Source: Candidatus Bathyarchaeia archaeon (GTDB lineage: Archaea > Thermoproteota > Bathyarchaeia > Bathyarchaeales > Bathycorpusculaceae). Taken from it: a DNA stretch of 64,000 nucleotides. Positions 1-9,094 of the stretch are shown one piece after another (the first letter of the stretch is position 1; each line of letters opens with the position of its first letter). The notes under the pieces are model-generated. The model saw nothing but the letters and a program-made list of their open reading frames with translations, ran no database searches and was not told the origin of the DNA. The DNA lies in the NCBI GenBank assembly GCA_050015395.1, contig JBEKBM010000003.1, forward strand, positions 73,455 to 137,454, written 5' to 3'. A program made the translations under genes and the position numbers.

Positions 1-2
1 TT

Positions 3-866
3 TCCAACTTCCAGCGGGTCTAACCCAAGCATATCGCAAGCTGTTTGCACGTCCTGTCGAATGGGAACTTTGTCTTCATGTGTTAAAATGCCGACTTTTG
101 ATTTCTCAGCCCACTCATTAAGCGCATCAGCCAACCCACCTCTAGTCGGGTCTTTCACTGAGACTACTCCGCCTACCTCGCCCAGTAAGCGTTGCGTCAT
201 GCGGTTGAGCGGTCGCACATCCGACTTTATTTCGCTCCCGAAAGTCAAGCCCTGCTGCGCCGAAAGCACAGCTAACCCGTGGTCGCCGATTGTGCCAGTC
301 AAGATGATTTTATCGCCCGCCACAAGGTTCGAGTCAAGCGTCCAACGTGAGGCAACGCTTCGGTATTGCCGAGCCACTTTTATGTCGCTGTCTAAGGCGG
401 GTGTTCTTTTGCCTATGCCTGAAACGTTCATGACCAAGCCGCCTAAACTGCCCTTCTCCACCACCTTCGTGTCGCCCGTGACGATGCCGACGCCTGCTTC
501 AATGCAGGTTTCCCGCATACTTACCAAAATCCTTTCTAAATCAGCAAGCGGCAAGCCTTCCTCCAAAATAAAACCGCAAGCCAACGCGTAAGGCTGCGCG
601 CCCATAGCTGAAATATCATTAACGGTGCCTGAAATTGCCAAGCGCCCAATGTCACCGCCCGGGAAAAATATGGGTTTAACCGCGTGAGAATCACTCTTAA
701 ACACCACATCGCCGATGACTGCGGCGTCATCCATAGCTTCCAATGGCACCTCAGCATCGTTGCCTAAACCGCCAAAATATTTTACAATATAGTTTTTGAC
801 TAGGTTGTGCATGACTGTGCCGCCAGCACCATGCAGCATGGTGATCTTTTCGTTTTTGCTTGGCAT
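3..866 (-). CDS. hypE: Hydrogenase maturation protein HypE (3' end runs off window)
   Basis: Not in ORF track; my translation from ATG 866 gives MPSKNEKITMLHGAGG...DSHAVKPIFFPGGDIGRLAISGTVNDISAMGA...IVTGDTKVVE...GTIGDHG...KDPTRGG, all HypE motifs. Confidence 0.93.
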   Translation of the reverse strand, partial: MPSKNEKITMLHGAGGTVMHNLVKNYIVKYFGGLGNDAEVPLEAMDDAAVIGDVVFKSDSHAVKPIFFPGGDIGRLAISGTVNDISAMGAQPYALACGFILEEGLPLADLERILVSMRETCIEAGVGIVTGDTKVVEKGSLGGLVMNVSGIGKRTPALDSDIKVARQYRSVASRWTLDSNLVAGDKIILTGTIGDHGLAVLSAQQGLTFGSEIKSDVRPLNRMTQRLLGEVGGVVSVKDPTRGGLADALNEWAEKSKVGILTHEDKVPIRQDVQTACDMLGLDPLEVG

Positions 867-1008
867 TCCTTGCTTCCTGCTTAATAGATACAATAGCAAA
901 TACTCTGAGAAGTGAAACATAAACAAATCGCCATAGGAAACAGTTTTTAGTTTAACAAAACTTATTTTTAGCGGCTTCATCCATTATAAAATCTCAGGTG
1001 AATAACAA

Positions 1009-1203
1009 GTGACTGTGGCTATCGACGAAGATGAAGTGAAGCTGGTTCTTGAAAAACTTGACACGGTGAAACTTGAACTTTTACGTTTAAGAGCTATGCT
1101 TTTGTCTGAAGAGGAAGCAACTGACGAAGAGAAAAAAGAACTGGTTAAAGCCAAAAAAGAAATAGAAAAAGGGTCAAAAGTCAAATTAGAGGAATTTTTT
1201 TAA
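1009..1203 (+). CDS. Small acidic helical protein, archaeal RelB-like antitoxin candidate
   Basis: 64-aa ORF with AGGTGA RBS; C-terminal EEKKELVKAKKEIEKGSKVKLEE pattern resembles archaeal antitoxins; no toxin gene downstream. Confidence 0.5.
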   Translation: MTVAIDEDEVKLVLEKLDTVKLELLRLRAMLLSEEEATDEEKKELVKAKKEIEKGSKVKLEEFF

Positions 1204-1468
1204 AGCTTCTCGGAAAGCATGAAACATTAAATTTTTAATTGATAGGACGTGCTTTTCTAGGTTTCGAGCGACTATGTAGAGCCAAGAGCCTTTTTTTGGA
1301 AAAACTATAAAAGCTTAAACGTAGTCCAAAAATTATACACCTCGCGAAACGAAATTCATCCCTCTATCAGGGAACTTAACTAGTCGGTTTAGACTAAAAT
1401 CTTAGTTGTGATACGGAAAGCCATATAAATTGCTTTTACGTGTTTGATTGCGCATCGGAGATATAATA

Positions 1469-1954
1469 ATGCCAAAATGGGGATACTCAATAATCGAAGA
1501 AATGCTTGATCCAGAAAAAACAGCGAAAGCAAGCGGTAGAGAACTCAAAGTATCCCATAAAGCGGCAAGAGAAGTCTGCAAAGCCATCAAAGGCATGATG
1601 CTAAACGATGCGAAACAGTATTTGCGGGATGTTGCAGCCAAAAAGAAGGCTGTTCCCTACATGAGGTACAACAAAAAACTGCCCCATCGCCATGGGCTCA
1701 TAAATGCCTTTTGTGGACGATACCCAATCAAAGCTTCACAACAAATCCTCGACGTCCTAGGATCGGCGCAGTCAAACGCTGAAAATAAAGGTTTAGACGT
1801 AGATAGGTTGCGCATAATTCACGCAGCAGCCTACCAAGGCATCAAACTAAAACGTTACATGAAAAGAGCGCACGGTAGAGCTTCACCAAAATATGACACT
1901 ACAACGCACGTCGAAATAGTTCTAGACGAGAAACCCACCCAAGGAGCACAATAA
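1469..1954 (+). CDS. rpl22: 50S ribosomal protein L22 (uL22)
   Basis: MPKWGYS...SHKAAREVCKAIKGM...AHGRASP...THVEIVL; ATG 1469 after GGAG RBS. Confidence 0.97.
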   Translation: MPKWGYSIIEEMLDPEKTAKASGRELKVSHKAAREVCKAIKGMMLNDAKQYLRDVAAKKKAVPYMRYNKKLPHRHGLINAFCGRYPIKASQQILDVLGSAQSNAENKGLDVDRLRIIHAAAYQGIKLKRYMKRAHGRASPKYDTTTHVEIVLDEKPTQGAQ

Positions 1955-2683
1955 ATGAGCATAGTCAAACGTTTTATAACAGAATCAATCAAAAGAACAG
2001 AAATAGATGAATTTTTACAAAAAAAACTTGACAGAGCCGGATACGGCGGAGTAAACATTTCCAAAACTCCGCTTGGAACTCATGTTGTAATTTACGCCAT
2101 GCGTCCAGGTTTAGTCATCGGCAGAGGCGGAGAAACAATAAAAGAACTCGCCTCAGCCCTAGAGCAAAACTTCAAAGTTTCCAATCCTCAGATTTCAGTT
2201 TCAGAAATCGAAGTTCCAGAATTCAACGCTTACGTGGTCGCGTCACGAGTTGCCTCAGCGCTTCAGCGAGGCGTTCACTTTAGGCGCGCAGGTTTTTGGG
2301 CATTAAATCAAGTTATGGAAGCAGGCGCACTTGGCGCTGAAATAGTTATAAGCGGAAAACTTAGCACGGAACGAGCACGTTTTGAAAAGTTCAGAGCTGG
2401 CTACTTCCCACGATGCGGAGAGCCAGCTTTAGTGGCTATGAGAAAAGCTGAAGCTCATGTCCTATTAAAACCAGGCATTATCGGCGTGAGAGTAAAAATT
2501 ATGCCGCCGGACGCGTATTTCCCTGATAGAATCAAAATTCTCGAGGCAGCGCCCGAGGAAGAAAAAATAGCTGTTCCAAAGCAAGCACCACTTCAAACTA
2601 AAGAAGAGTCTCAGGCAGAGCCAGAAGCAGAAGTACAAGCAACAGAAATCGCAGACGAACCAAAAGAGGAGGCAAAAAAGTAA
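1955..2683 (+). CDS. rps3: 30S ribosomal protein S3 (uS3) with acidic C-terminal tail
   Basis: KH motif RPGLVIGRGG, GAEIVISGKL; operon position. Confidence 0.97.
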   Translation: MSIVKRFITESIKRTEIDEFLQKKLDRAGYGGVNISKTPLGTHVVIYAMRPGLVIGRGGETIKELASALEQNFKVSNPQISVSEIEVPEFNAYVVASRVASALQRGVHFRRAGFWALNQVMEAGALGAEIVISGKLSTERARFEKFRAGYFPRCGEPALVAMRKAEAHVLLKPGIIGVRVKIMPPDAYFPDRIKILEAAPEEEKIAVPKQAPLQTKEESQAEPEAEVQATEIADEPKEEAKK

Positions 2684-2989
2684 ATGCCAAGAATGCGAAT
2701 CAAAGAAATCGTCGACATGTCCTCTGAAGATAGAACAAAGAAACTTGTTGATTTACGCGTTGAACTAGTCCGCCTCAGAACCATGATTAACGCAGGCGGA
2801 GCAGTTGAAAACCCAACAAGAGTAAGAGAACTGCGAAAAACAATCGCTCAAATATTAACAGTGGAAAACGAGAATAAATTGGGAATTAGGAAAGCCTCTG
2901 AGGAACCTGAGAAGAAACAAAAGAAAAAAGCAGAGAAACCAGCAAAGAAGCCTGAGGCTGAAAAAGAAACTGAGGAGACTTCCCAATGA
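2684..2989 (+). CDS. rpl29: 50S ribosomal protein L29 (uL29) with K/E-rich tail
   Basis: GGAVENPTRVRELRKTIAQILT; operon position. Confidence 0.95.
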   Translation: MPRMRIKEIVDMSSEDRTKKLVDLRVELVRLRTMINAGGAVENPTRVRELRKTIAQILTVENENKLGIRKASEEPEKKQKKKAEKPAKKPEAEKETEETSQ

Positions 2990-3267
2990 AAGTAACCCCC
3001 GATATTATTCGTTATGAGTTTATTGGCGCTGAAGGCAAAGTCGCCAGAAGCCCTCATGAATGCTACGTTGGCTTAGGCGGCAAAGTCGTTGGCGAAACAA
3101 AAAACACTTTCACTTTCCTACGGGAAGGGCAAGCGAAGAGTGTAATTAAAGAATCAGCCGTCTTCAACTTTAAGTTTGATGATGGCACAGTTGTAGAGAT
3201 TGACGGTAAACTTTTAGTCGGCAGATCTGAGGATCGACTTAAAAAAAGCATTAAGAGGTTATGGTAA
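2986..3267 (+). CDS. rnp1: Ribonuclease P protein component 1 (Rpp29/POP4)
   Basis: EFIG...GKVVGETKNT...IDGKLLVGRSEDRLKK; conserved position between L29 and S17. Confidence 0.93.
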   Translation: MKVTPDIIRYEFIGAEGKVARSPHECYVGLGGKVVGETKNTFTFLREGQAKSVIKESAVFNFKFDDGTVVEIDGKLLVGRSEDRLKKSIKRLW

Positions 3268-3587
3268 TGTCATTATCTTTTAAGCAACCTAAAAAAACAT
3301 GCGATGACCAAAACTGTCCATTCCATGGGACTCTTGCAATAAGAGGGCGTGTGCTCGACGGCAGAGTCCACACGGCTAAAATGGATAAAACCGTTATAGT
3401 TGACAGAGAATTCTTACAGTTCTCATCGAAATTCCAACGGTACGAACGAAGGCACGGTCACATTGCATCCCACAACCCACCATGTATCGATGTTAAAGAA
3501 GGCGACAGAGTAAGAATCGCCGAGTGCAGACCAGTCAGCAAAACCGTTTCTTTTGTTGTGGTTGAAAAATTAGGAGAGGAGAAGTAG
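3261..3587 (+). CDS. rps17: 30S ribosomal protein S17 (uS17)
   Basis: CDDQNCPFHG, KMDKTVIV, AECRPVSKTVSFVV. Confidence 0.97.
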   Translation: MVMSLSFKQPKKTCDDQNCPFHGTLAIRGRVLDGRVHTAKMDKTVIVDREFLQFSSKFQRYERRHGHIASHNPPCIDVKEGDRVRIAECRPVSKTVSFVVVEKLGEEK

Positions 3588-3588
3588 A

Positions 3589-4029
3589 ATGGCGGCAAAA
3601 GCAAAACAGAGAGCACTTGTAGCAAAAGGAATGCTTTCACACGGACAAAAAATTAGCCGTGGTCTTTTATCAGGTTCAGAATTAAAGTGCGCCGATAACA
3701 CGGGTGCACGAGTACTGCGCTTGATTCAGGCCATGGGTTATAAAGGTCGACTGCGACGTTACCCATCTGCCACTGTAGGCGATAAAGTAACGGTTTCTGT
3801 TAGGCAAGGGTCGCCTGACATGAGGAAAAAGATTTTCCAAGCAGTAATTGTTCGTCAAAGAAAAACTTTCAGACGCGTGGATGGTGTTTGGGTTCAGTTT
3901 GAAGATAACGCGGCAGTAATCATTACTCCTGATGGTGAAATGAAAGGTTCAGAAATAAGAGGTCCAGTAGCTAGAGAGGCAGCCGAAAGATGGCCAAGAA
4001 TTGCAAGTGCCTCCAGCATAATAGTGTAG
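3589..4029 (+). CDS. rpl14: 50S ribosomal protein L14 (uL14)
   Basis: CADNTGA, FEDNAAVII, GPVAREAAERWPRIAS. Confidence 0.97.
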   Translation: MAAKAKQRALVAKGMLSHGQKISRGLLSGSELKCADNTGARVLRLIQAMGYKGRLRRYPSATVGDKVTVSVRQGSPDMRKKIFQAVIVRQRKTFRRVDGVWVQFEDNAAVIITPDGEMKGSEIRGPVAREAAERWPRIASASSIIV

Positions 4030-4040
4030 GTGCAAAGACG

Positions 4041-4934
4041 ATGCAAGATACTAAACGAGTAAAAAATCCTGATAAACAACGAAAAAAGCTTTTTAACGCT
4101 CCTGCTCACCTGCGCCACAAGCGTATGGCGGCTCCCCTATCAAACGAGCTCGCTGCTTCAAGAGGCGCAAAAACTCTTCCAGTAAGAAAGGGCGACACAG
4201 TTCGCATTCAACGCGGAGACAACAAGGGCTTTGAAGGCAAAGTTTCACGCGTTGACACGAAAGAATACCGAATCTACATTGAAGGGTTTACACGTGAAAA
4301 GGTTGATGGTACAAACATTTTCCTTCCAGTTCACCCGTCCAAAGTTGAAATAAGAAATCTCAACCTTGACGATAAATGGCGAAAAGACATCATCCTTGGC
4401 AGAAAGAAGGAAATAGAAAAGCCTGAGAAAAAAGAAAAAGAAAAAGCAAAACCATCAAAGAAAGTTGAAAAGACTCCAGAGCAGCCGCAAGCAAAGGTTG
4501 AAGAGATAGAAGAAGAAAAACCTGTTGAAGCACCATCAATTGAAGAAAAAGCAGCAGCGCCTGAAATTGCAAAAGAAGAAGCACCAGCAGAACAAGTTCC
4601 TGAGAAAGTAGCAGAGAAGGCAGTGGAAAAAGCTCCAGCAGCCAAGAAGCCTGCAGCAAAGAAAGCGCCAGCCAAGAAGCCTGCAGCCAAGAAGCCTGTA
4701 GCCAAGAAACCTGCCGCTAAAAAAGTAGCCGCAGCGAAAAAGAAACCTGCCAAGGAAGAAGCTCCGGTAGAAGAAGAAAAGGCGCCTGCTAAAAAGGCAG
4801 CAAGGCCAAGGACAGCAGCAAAGAAAACAGCTGCATCGAAAGAAGCACCAGCAAAAGAGGCGGTAGCCAAGAAAACGGCGCCTAAGCCGCGTGCTAAACG
4901 TAAAACCTCTAAAGAAACTGAGGGAGGACAATAA
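4041..4934 (+). CDS. rpl24: 50S ribosomal protein L24 (uL24) with ~175-aa E/K/A/P-rich extension
   Basis: PDKQRKKLFNAPAHLR, KOW motif VRKGDTVRIQRG, PVHPSKV; ATG 4041 preferred over track start 3990. Confidence 0.95.
   Translation: MQDTKRVKNPDKQRKKLFNAPAHLRHKRMAAPLSNELAASRGAKTLPVRKGDTVRIQRGDNKGFEGKVSRVDTKEYRIYIEGFTREKVDGTNIFLPVHPSKVEIRNLNLDDKWRKDIILGRKKEIEKPEKKEKEKAKPSKKVEKTPEQPQAKVEEIEEEKPVEAPSIEEKAAAPEIAKEEAPAEQVPEKVAEKAVEKAPAAKKPAAKKAPAKKPAAKKPVAKKPAAKKVAAAKKKPAKEEAPVEEEKAPAKKAARPRTAAKKTAASKEAPAKEAVAKKTAPKPRAKRKTSKETEGGQ
4635..4724 (+). repeat. Degenerate 15-bp tandem repeat encoding (PAAKK)x6 inside the rpl24 tail
   Basis: PAAKK PAAKK APAKK PAAKK PVAKK PAAKK; repeated gccaagaagcctgca. 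Confidence 0.85.
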
Positions 4935-4936
4935 TT

Positions 4937-5701
4937 TTGGGTAAAAAAGGAAAAACAGCAAGGCTGAAACGTAAGCCAGCTCCAAGGTTCTGGCCAATTC
5001 ACAGAAAAGATCTGCCATGGATAGTGAAGCCCTCATCTGGTTCTCACTCGCTCCAGAGTTGTCTACCATTAACGTTAGTTCTTCGAGACATTCTAGGCAT
5101 TGCGCAAACAAGGAAAGAAGGCAAATTGATACTTGCTCAAGGCAAAGTACAGGTTGACGGGAAAGTCAGGAAAAAAGATGATTTTCCAGTCGGCTTGATG
5201 GATGTTATCTCCATGCCTGATGCAAACAAGTATTACCGTGTAATGCCGTCCAATAAGGGGCTGGTTTTAAATCCAATAAGCAAAGAAGAAGCAAACTTCA
5301 AACTAGTTCGCGTTGAAGATAAAACCACTGTTAAAAACGGCATGCAAATCGCACTTCATGACGGCTCAAACATACTCATAAAAGTTGCAGACCCGAAAAA
5401 ACCATCAGAAGTCACCTACGACACTTTTGATATTCTAAAAATCGCTTATCCAGAAAAACAAGTAGTTCTTAGCTTGAAAACCAAGGAAGGAAACTTAGCA
5501 GTGATTACTGGCGGAAAAAACATCGGCAAACAAGGCAAAATCGTTGAAATAGAAAAGACTGAGGCTAAAAAACGACGGCAAGCCCTAGTAGTTATAGAAG
5601 ACGCGAGCGGTGTTCGTTATCAAACAATCTTAGACTTCATCTTTTCCATAGGTGAAGCTGAACCATTAATAGGTGTACCGGAGGCATCTGCGGTTGTCTG
5701 A
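4937..5701 (+). CDS. rps4e: 30S ribosomal protein S4e (eS4)
   Basis: LKRKPAPRFWPIHRK, VDGKVRKKDDFPVGLMDVI, ITGGKNIG. Confidence 0.97.
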   Translation: MGKKGKTARLKRKPAPRFWPIHRKDLPWIVKPSSGSHSLQSCLPLTLVLRDILGIAQTRKEGKLILAQGKVQVDGKVRKKDDFPVGLMDVISMPDANKYYRVMPSNKGLVLNPISKEEANFKLVRVEDKTTVKNGMQIALHDGSNILIKVADPKKPSEVTYDTFDILKIAYPEKQVVLSLKTKEGNLAVITGGKNIGKQGKIVEIEKTEAKKRRQALVVIEDASGVRYQTILDFIFSIGEAEPLIGVPEASAVV

Positions 5702-6236
5702 GGAAGTTGCTTTAGTTAAGAGCTGGGAAGAGCATCCAATGCTCAAGCCCCGAATTGAAAAAGTTGTGGTGAACCTTAACGTTGGAAAATCAGGTGAGCC
5801 GCTTGAAAAAGCTAATAAAGTGCTCAAAGAAATAACGGGTCAGACGCCGATAAAGAAAAAAGCTAAAAAAACTATCCGTGACTTTGGCATACGTGAAGGA
5901 GAATCAATCGCTGTTGTCGTAACACTGCGAAAGCAAAAGGCAATTGACTTCCTAAAGAAAGTGTTATCTGTCGTTGATAACAAGATTTCAAAGTCTTCTT
6001 TTGATGTGCATGGTAACTTTGCTTTCGGTCTTAAAGAGCACATTGAAATTCCAGGTGTAAAATATGACCCTGACATAGGCATCTTTGGAATGGATATTTG
6101 TGTTTCTGTTAATCGTCCAGGGCAACGAGTGAAAATTCGACGCAAAGAAAAGCAAGCCATTGGTCGTAAGCACATGTTAACACCTGAAGAATCAATTATC
6201 TTCGTCAAACAAACGTTAGGAGTCGAAATCGTTTAA
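5694..6236 (+). CDS. rpl5: 50S ribosomal protein L5 (uL5)
   Basis: PRIEKVVVNLNVG, DFGIREG, EHIEIPGVKYDPDIGIFGMD; TTG 5694 after GGAGG. Confidence 0.96.
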   Translation: MSEEVALVKSWEEHPMLKPRIEKVVVNLNVGKSGEPLEKANKVLKEITGQTPIKKKAKKTIRDFGIREGESIAVVVTLRKQKAIDFLKKVLSVVDNKISKSSFDVHGNFAFGLKEHIEIPGVKYDPDIGIFGMDICVSVNRPGQRVKIRRKEKQAIGRKHMLTPEESIIFVKQTLGVEIV

Positions 6237-6251
6237 ACAGAGGCTGAATGT

Positions 6252-6416
6252 ATGGGAAAACAACAATTGAAGAAAACACGAAAATACGGCAAAGGTTCAC
6301 GGCCATGCGTCAGATGCGGCTCTTATGGGCCAGTTATTCGACGGTACAATTTATATTTATGTAGGCACTGTTTCAGAGAAGCAGCCCCAAAACTTGGGTT
6401 CAAAAAATATGAGTAG
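6252..6416 (+). CDS. rps14: 30S ribosomal protein S14 (uS14, zinc-binding type)
   Basis: Below ORF-track cutoff; [54 protein letters not shown]. Confidence 0.97.
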   Translation: MGKQQLKKTRKYGKGSRPCVRCGSYGPVIRRYNLYLCRHCFREAAPKLGFKKYE

Positions 6417-6429
6417 GAGCTAAAAAAAC

Positions 6430-6813
6430 ATGGACACTTTAACAAATGGATTGATCACCATCGTAAACAATGAAATGCGAAACAAGCGCGAATGCATAAT
6501 TAGCCCTGCCTCTAAACTTTTGGGGCGAGTCCTACGCATAATGCAACTAAACGGTTACATAGGCGAATTCGAGTTTATCGACGATGGACGCTCTGGAAAA
6601 TTCAAAGTTCAATTATTAGGCAGAATAAACAAGTGTGGACCAATTAAACCACGCTACCCAGCTAAAGTGGGTGAATTTGAAGATTGGGAAAAGAAGTACT
6701 TGCCCTCCAGAGACTTAGGGATAATGGTTGTTTCCACTTCAAAAGGCGTAATAGCACACAAGGATGCTGAAGAAAAAAACATTGGAGGAAGGCTGTTAGC
6801 CTTCGTGTATTAG
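6430..6813 (+). CDS. rps8: 30S ribosomal protein S8 (uS8)
   Basis: [38 protein letters not shown]. Confidence 0.97.
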   Translation: MDTLTNGLITIVNNEMRNKRECIISPASKLLGRVLRIMQLNGYIGEFEFIDDGRSGKFKVQLLGRINKCGPIKPRYPAKVGEFEDWEKKYLPSRDLGIMVVSTSKGVIAHKDAEEKNIGGRLLAFVY

Positions 6814-6824
6814 GGGTGTAATTT

Positions 6825-7370
6825 ATGCGGCTTCCAGAAATATCTAAAACTATTCAGGTTCCTGATAACGTGGACGTCAGCCTAGAAGGCAAAAAAGTCA
6901 ACGTTAAGGGTGCAAAAGGGTCCTTAACACGCGACTTTTCCTTTGTTCCAATCGCAATAGAAGGCGAGGGCAAAAATATTCGCGTTTGGGCAAAGTGGCC
7001 ACGCAAAAAGGAAGCCGCTCTTGTAGGAACAATATACTCGCACATTCAAAACATGATTACTGGAGTAACAAAAGGCTACTCATATAAACTAAAAATCGTG
7101 TTCTCGCATTTCCCAATTTCAGTAAAGATTCAAGACAAATCTGTTTTGATTGAAAACTTTACTGGAGAACGCAAGGCACGCATAGTAAAAATAATCGGCG
7201 ATGTCAAAGTGAAAATTGAACCTGAAGACATCATTGTTGAAGGCGTAAACTTGGAAGATGTAAGCCAAACCGCCGCTAACATTGAACAAGCTACAAGAGT
7301 AAGACGCAAAGACCCACGTGTTTTCCTTGACGGCATATACGTATATGAAAAAAATGAGGGAGTTGCCTAA
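6825..7370 (+). CDS. rpl6: 50S ribosomal protein L6 (uL6)
   Basis: NMITGVTKGY, SHFPISV, KDPRVFLDGIYV. Confidence 0.97.
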   Translation: MRLPEISKTIQVPDNVDVSLEGKKVNVKGAKGSLTRDFSFVPIAIEGEGKNIRVWAKWPRKKEAALVGTIYSHIQNMITGVTKGYSYKLKIVFSHFPISVKIQDKSVLIENFTGERKARIVKIIGDVKVKIEPEDIIVEGVNLEDVSQTAANIEQATRVRRKDPRVFLDGIYVYEKNEGVA

Positions 7371-7987
7371 TGACCGAAAAGACCGAAAGGACCGAAAAGA
7401 AGCCATCATTATCACAAAAAGCACTTAAAGTTAGAGCACGCGCTAAAAACAAGAAACCAGCATTCGTGAGAGCTGAAAGCTGGAAGTATGATAGGTTCAG
7501 CTTAAGTTGGCGGAGACCCAGAGGATTAGATAATAAGATTAGACGAAAAATCAAGGGTTGGCCAGCTGGCGTAAGCGTTGGTTATAAGGGACCAAAAATC
7601 GCCAGAGGCTTGCATCCATCAGGATACAGGGAAGTTTTAGTTTACAATGTAAAAGACCTATCCACTGTTGACCCTAATACTCAAGCCGCACGCATAGCGC
7701 ACACAGTCGGCAAAAGAAAGCGCGCCCTAATTATTGCCGAAGCCAAAAAACTTAACATTAAAATCTTAAATTTCAAAGCTTCACCAGAAACTGAAAAGAA
7801 AGAAGAACAAGCAACCGAGGGCGAAGAGCAGACGGAAGAGCAAAAGGTCAAGAAAGAAGAGAAAGAATTAGAAGATGTCTTCAAAAACGACACGGCAGTG
7901 GAAGCGGAAGATAAAAAGGTCGAGGAAGAAGAGGAGACGCCGAAGAAAACCGAGCCTAAACCTGAGGAGGAAGAAGAGGAACAATGA
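7370..7987 (+). CDS. rpl32e: 50S ribosomal protein L32e with long acidic C-terminal extension
   Basis: WRRPRGLDNKIR, RGLHPSGY, IAHTVGKRKR; about 70-aa E/K-rich tail. Confidence 0.96.
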   Translation: MTEKTERTEKKPSLSQKALKVRARAKNKKPAFVRAESWKYDRFSLSWRRPRGLDNKIRRKIKGWPAGVSVGYKGPKIARGLHPSGYREVLVYNVKDLSTVDPNTQAARIAHTVGKRKRALIIAEAKKLNIKILNFKASPETEKKEEQATEGEEQTEEQKVKKEEKELEDVFKNDTAVEAEDKKVEEEEETPKKTEPKPEEEEEEQ

Positions 7988-8439
7988 CAGACCTAAGCAG
8001 TCAGAGACGGTTAGCGGCTCAAATCTTAAAGATTGGGCAAAACCGCGTGTGGATTGATCCTGAACGGATGGATGATGTTGATGGCGCAATTACACGTGAA
8101 GAAGTAAGAAAGCTAATTCATGAGAAAATCATCGATTCTCTGCCTGAGAAAGGCGTAAGCAGATCCAGAGCAAAGATTATCCGAGAGAAAAAGCGTAAGG
8201 GCAGGCGTAGCGGTCCCGGCAGCATCACTGGCGCTGGCCATGCTAAGGTAACTAAGAAAGAGGCATGGATGAAAAAGATCAGGTCTCTGAGGCGCAAGCT
8301 TCGCGAGTTGAAGGCAAGCAGAATCATAACTGAAAAAACATACAGCCAGTATTACAGGATGGCTGGCAGCGGAAGGTTCCAGTCTATGGCTGAACTGGAG
8401 CGCAATTTAAAAGCTAATGATTTATGGAGGAAACGTTAA
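7984..8439 (+). CDS. rpl19e: 50S ribosomal protein L19e
   Basis: QRRLAAQILKIGQNRVWIDP, WMKKIRSLRR. Confidence 0.97.
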   Translation: MTDLSSQRRLAAQILKIGQNRVWIDPERMDDVDGAITREEVRKLIHEKIIDSLPEKGVSRSRAKIIREKKRKGRRSGPGSITGAGHAKVTKKEAWMKKIRSLRRKLRELKASRIITEKTYSQYYRMAGSGRFQSMAELERNLKANDLWRKR

Positions 8440-8440
8440 G

Positions 8441-9094
8441 ATGGCAAAAAGCGGCAATTACCGTGTCAAATTAAGACGCAGACGGGAAGGAAAAACTGAT
8501 TACCAAGCGCGGAAGGCTCTGGTTATTTCTAGAAAGCCTCGGCTTGTTACTCGAGCATCACTAAAGAATGTTACAGTACAAATAACGATTGCTAAACCGC
8601 ATGGTGATGAGATTTTAGCTTCAGCCAACAGCCGTGAACTCGTCAAAAATTACGGTTGGAAGGCTCCAACAGGCAATATTCCCGCAGCCTATCTTACAGG
8701 TTTACTTTGCGGTTTAAAGGCGAAAGCTAAAGGCGTTGAACAAGCAATCTTGGATATTGGCTTGTTTTCTCCCACCAAAGGCTCAAAAATCTTCGCTATA
8801 CTGAGCGGGGTTTTGGATGCTGGTGTAGATGTTCCTCACAGCGAAGAGAAGATTGTTAAGGAACGCATGAAAGGCGAACACATAGTCAAGTACGCTAAAA
8901 GCTTAGGCTCTGGGTCTGAAGAGTATACTGCCAAATTCTCAAAGTACACAGCGCAGGGTATTGCGCCTGAAAAAATCTCTGAGCACTTCGATAAAGTGAA
9001 GGCTGAAATCACAGGCTCATTTAAGGCTGCCAAACCAGCAACTGAAGCTGCACCAAAAGAAAAGGCAAGTAAGAAAGGTGGAAAGAAAGCATGA
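8441..9094 (+). CDS. rpl18: 50S ribosomal protein L18 (uL18)
   Basis: RRRREGKTDY, NIPAAYLTGLL, AILDIG; ATG 8441 after GGAGG. Confidence 0.97.
   Translation: MAKSGNYRVKLRRRREGKTDYQARKALVISRKPRLVTRASLKNVTVQITIAKPHGDEILASANSRELVKNYGWKAPTGNIPAAYLTGLLCGLKAKAKGVEQAILDIGLFSPTKGSKIFAILSGVLDAGVDVPHSEEKIVKERMKGEHIVKYAKSLGSGSEEYTAKFSKYTAQGIAPEKISEHFDKVKAEITGSFKAAKPATEAAPKEKASKKGGKKA

Noticed and set aside
61-591. 176-aa + strand ORF
   Set aside because: Antisense shadow of hypE, which the track missed because it runs off the window
4331-5111. Hydrophobic or Cys-rich minus-strand ORFs (223, 89, 191 aa)
   Set aside because: Antisense translations of the low-complexity rpl24 tail
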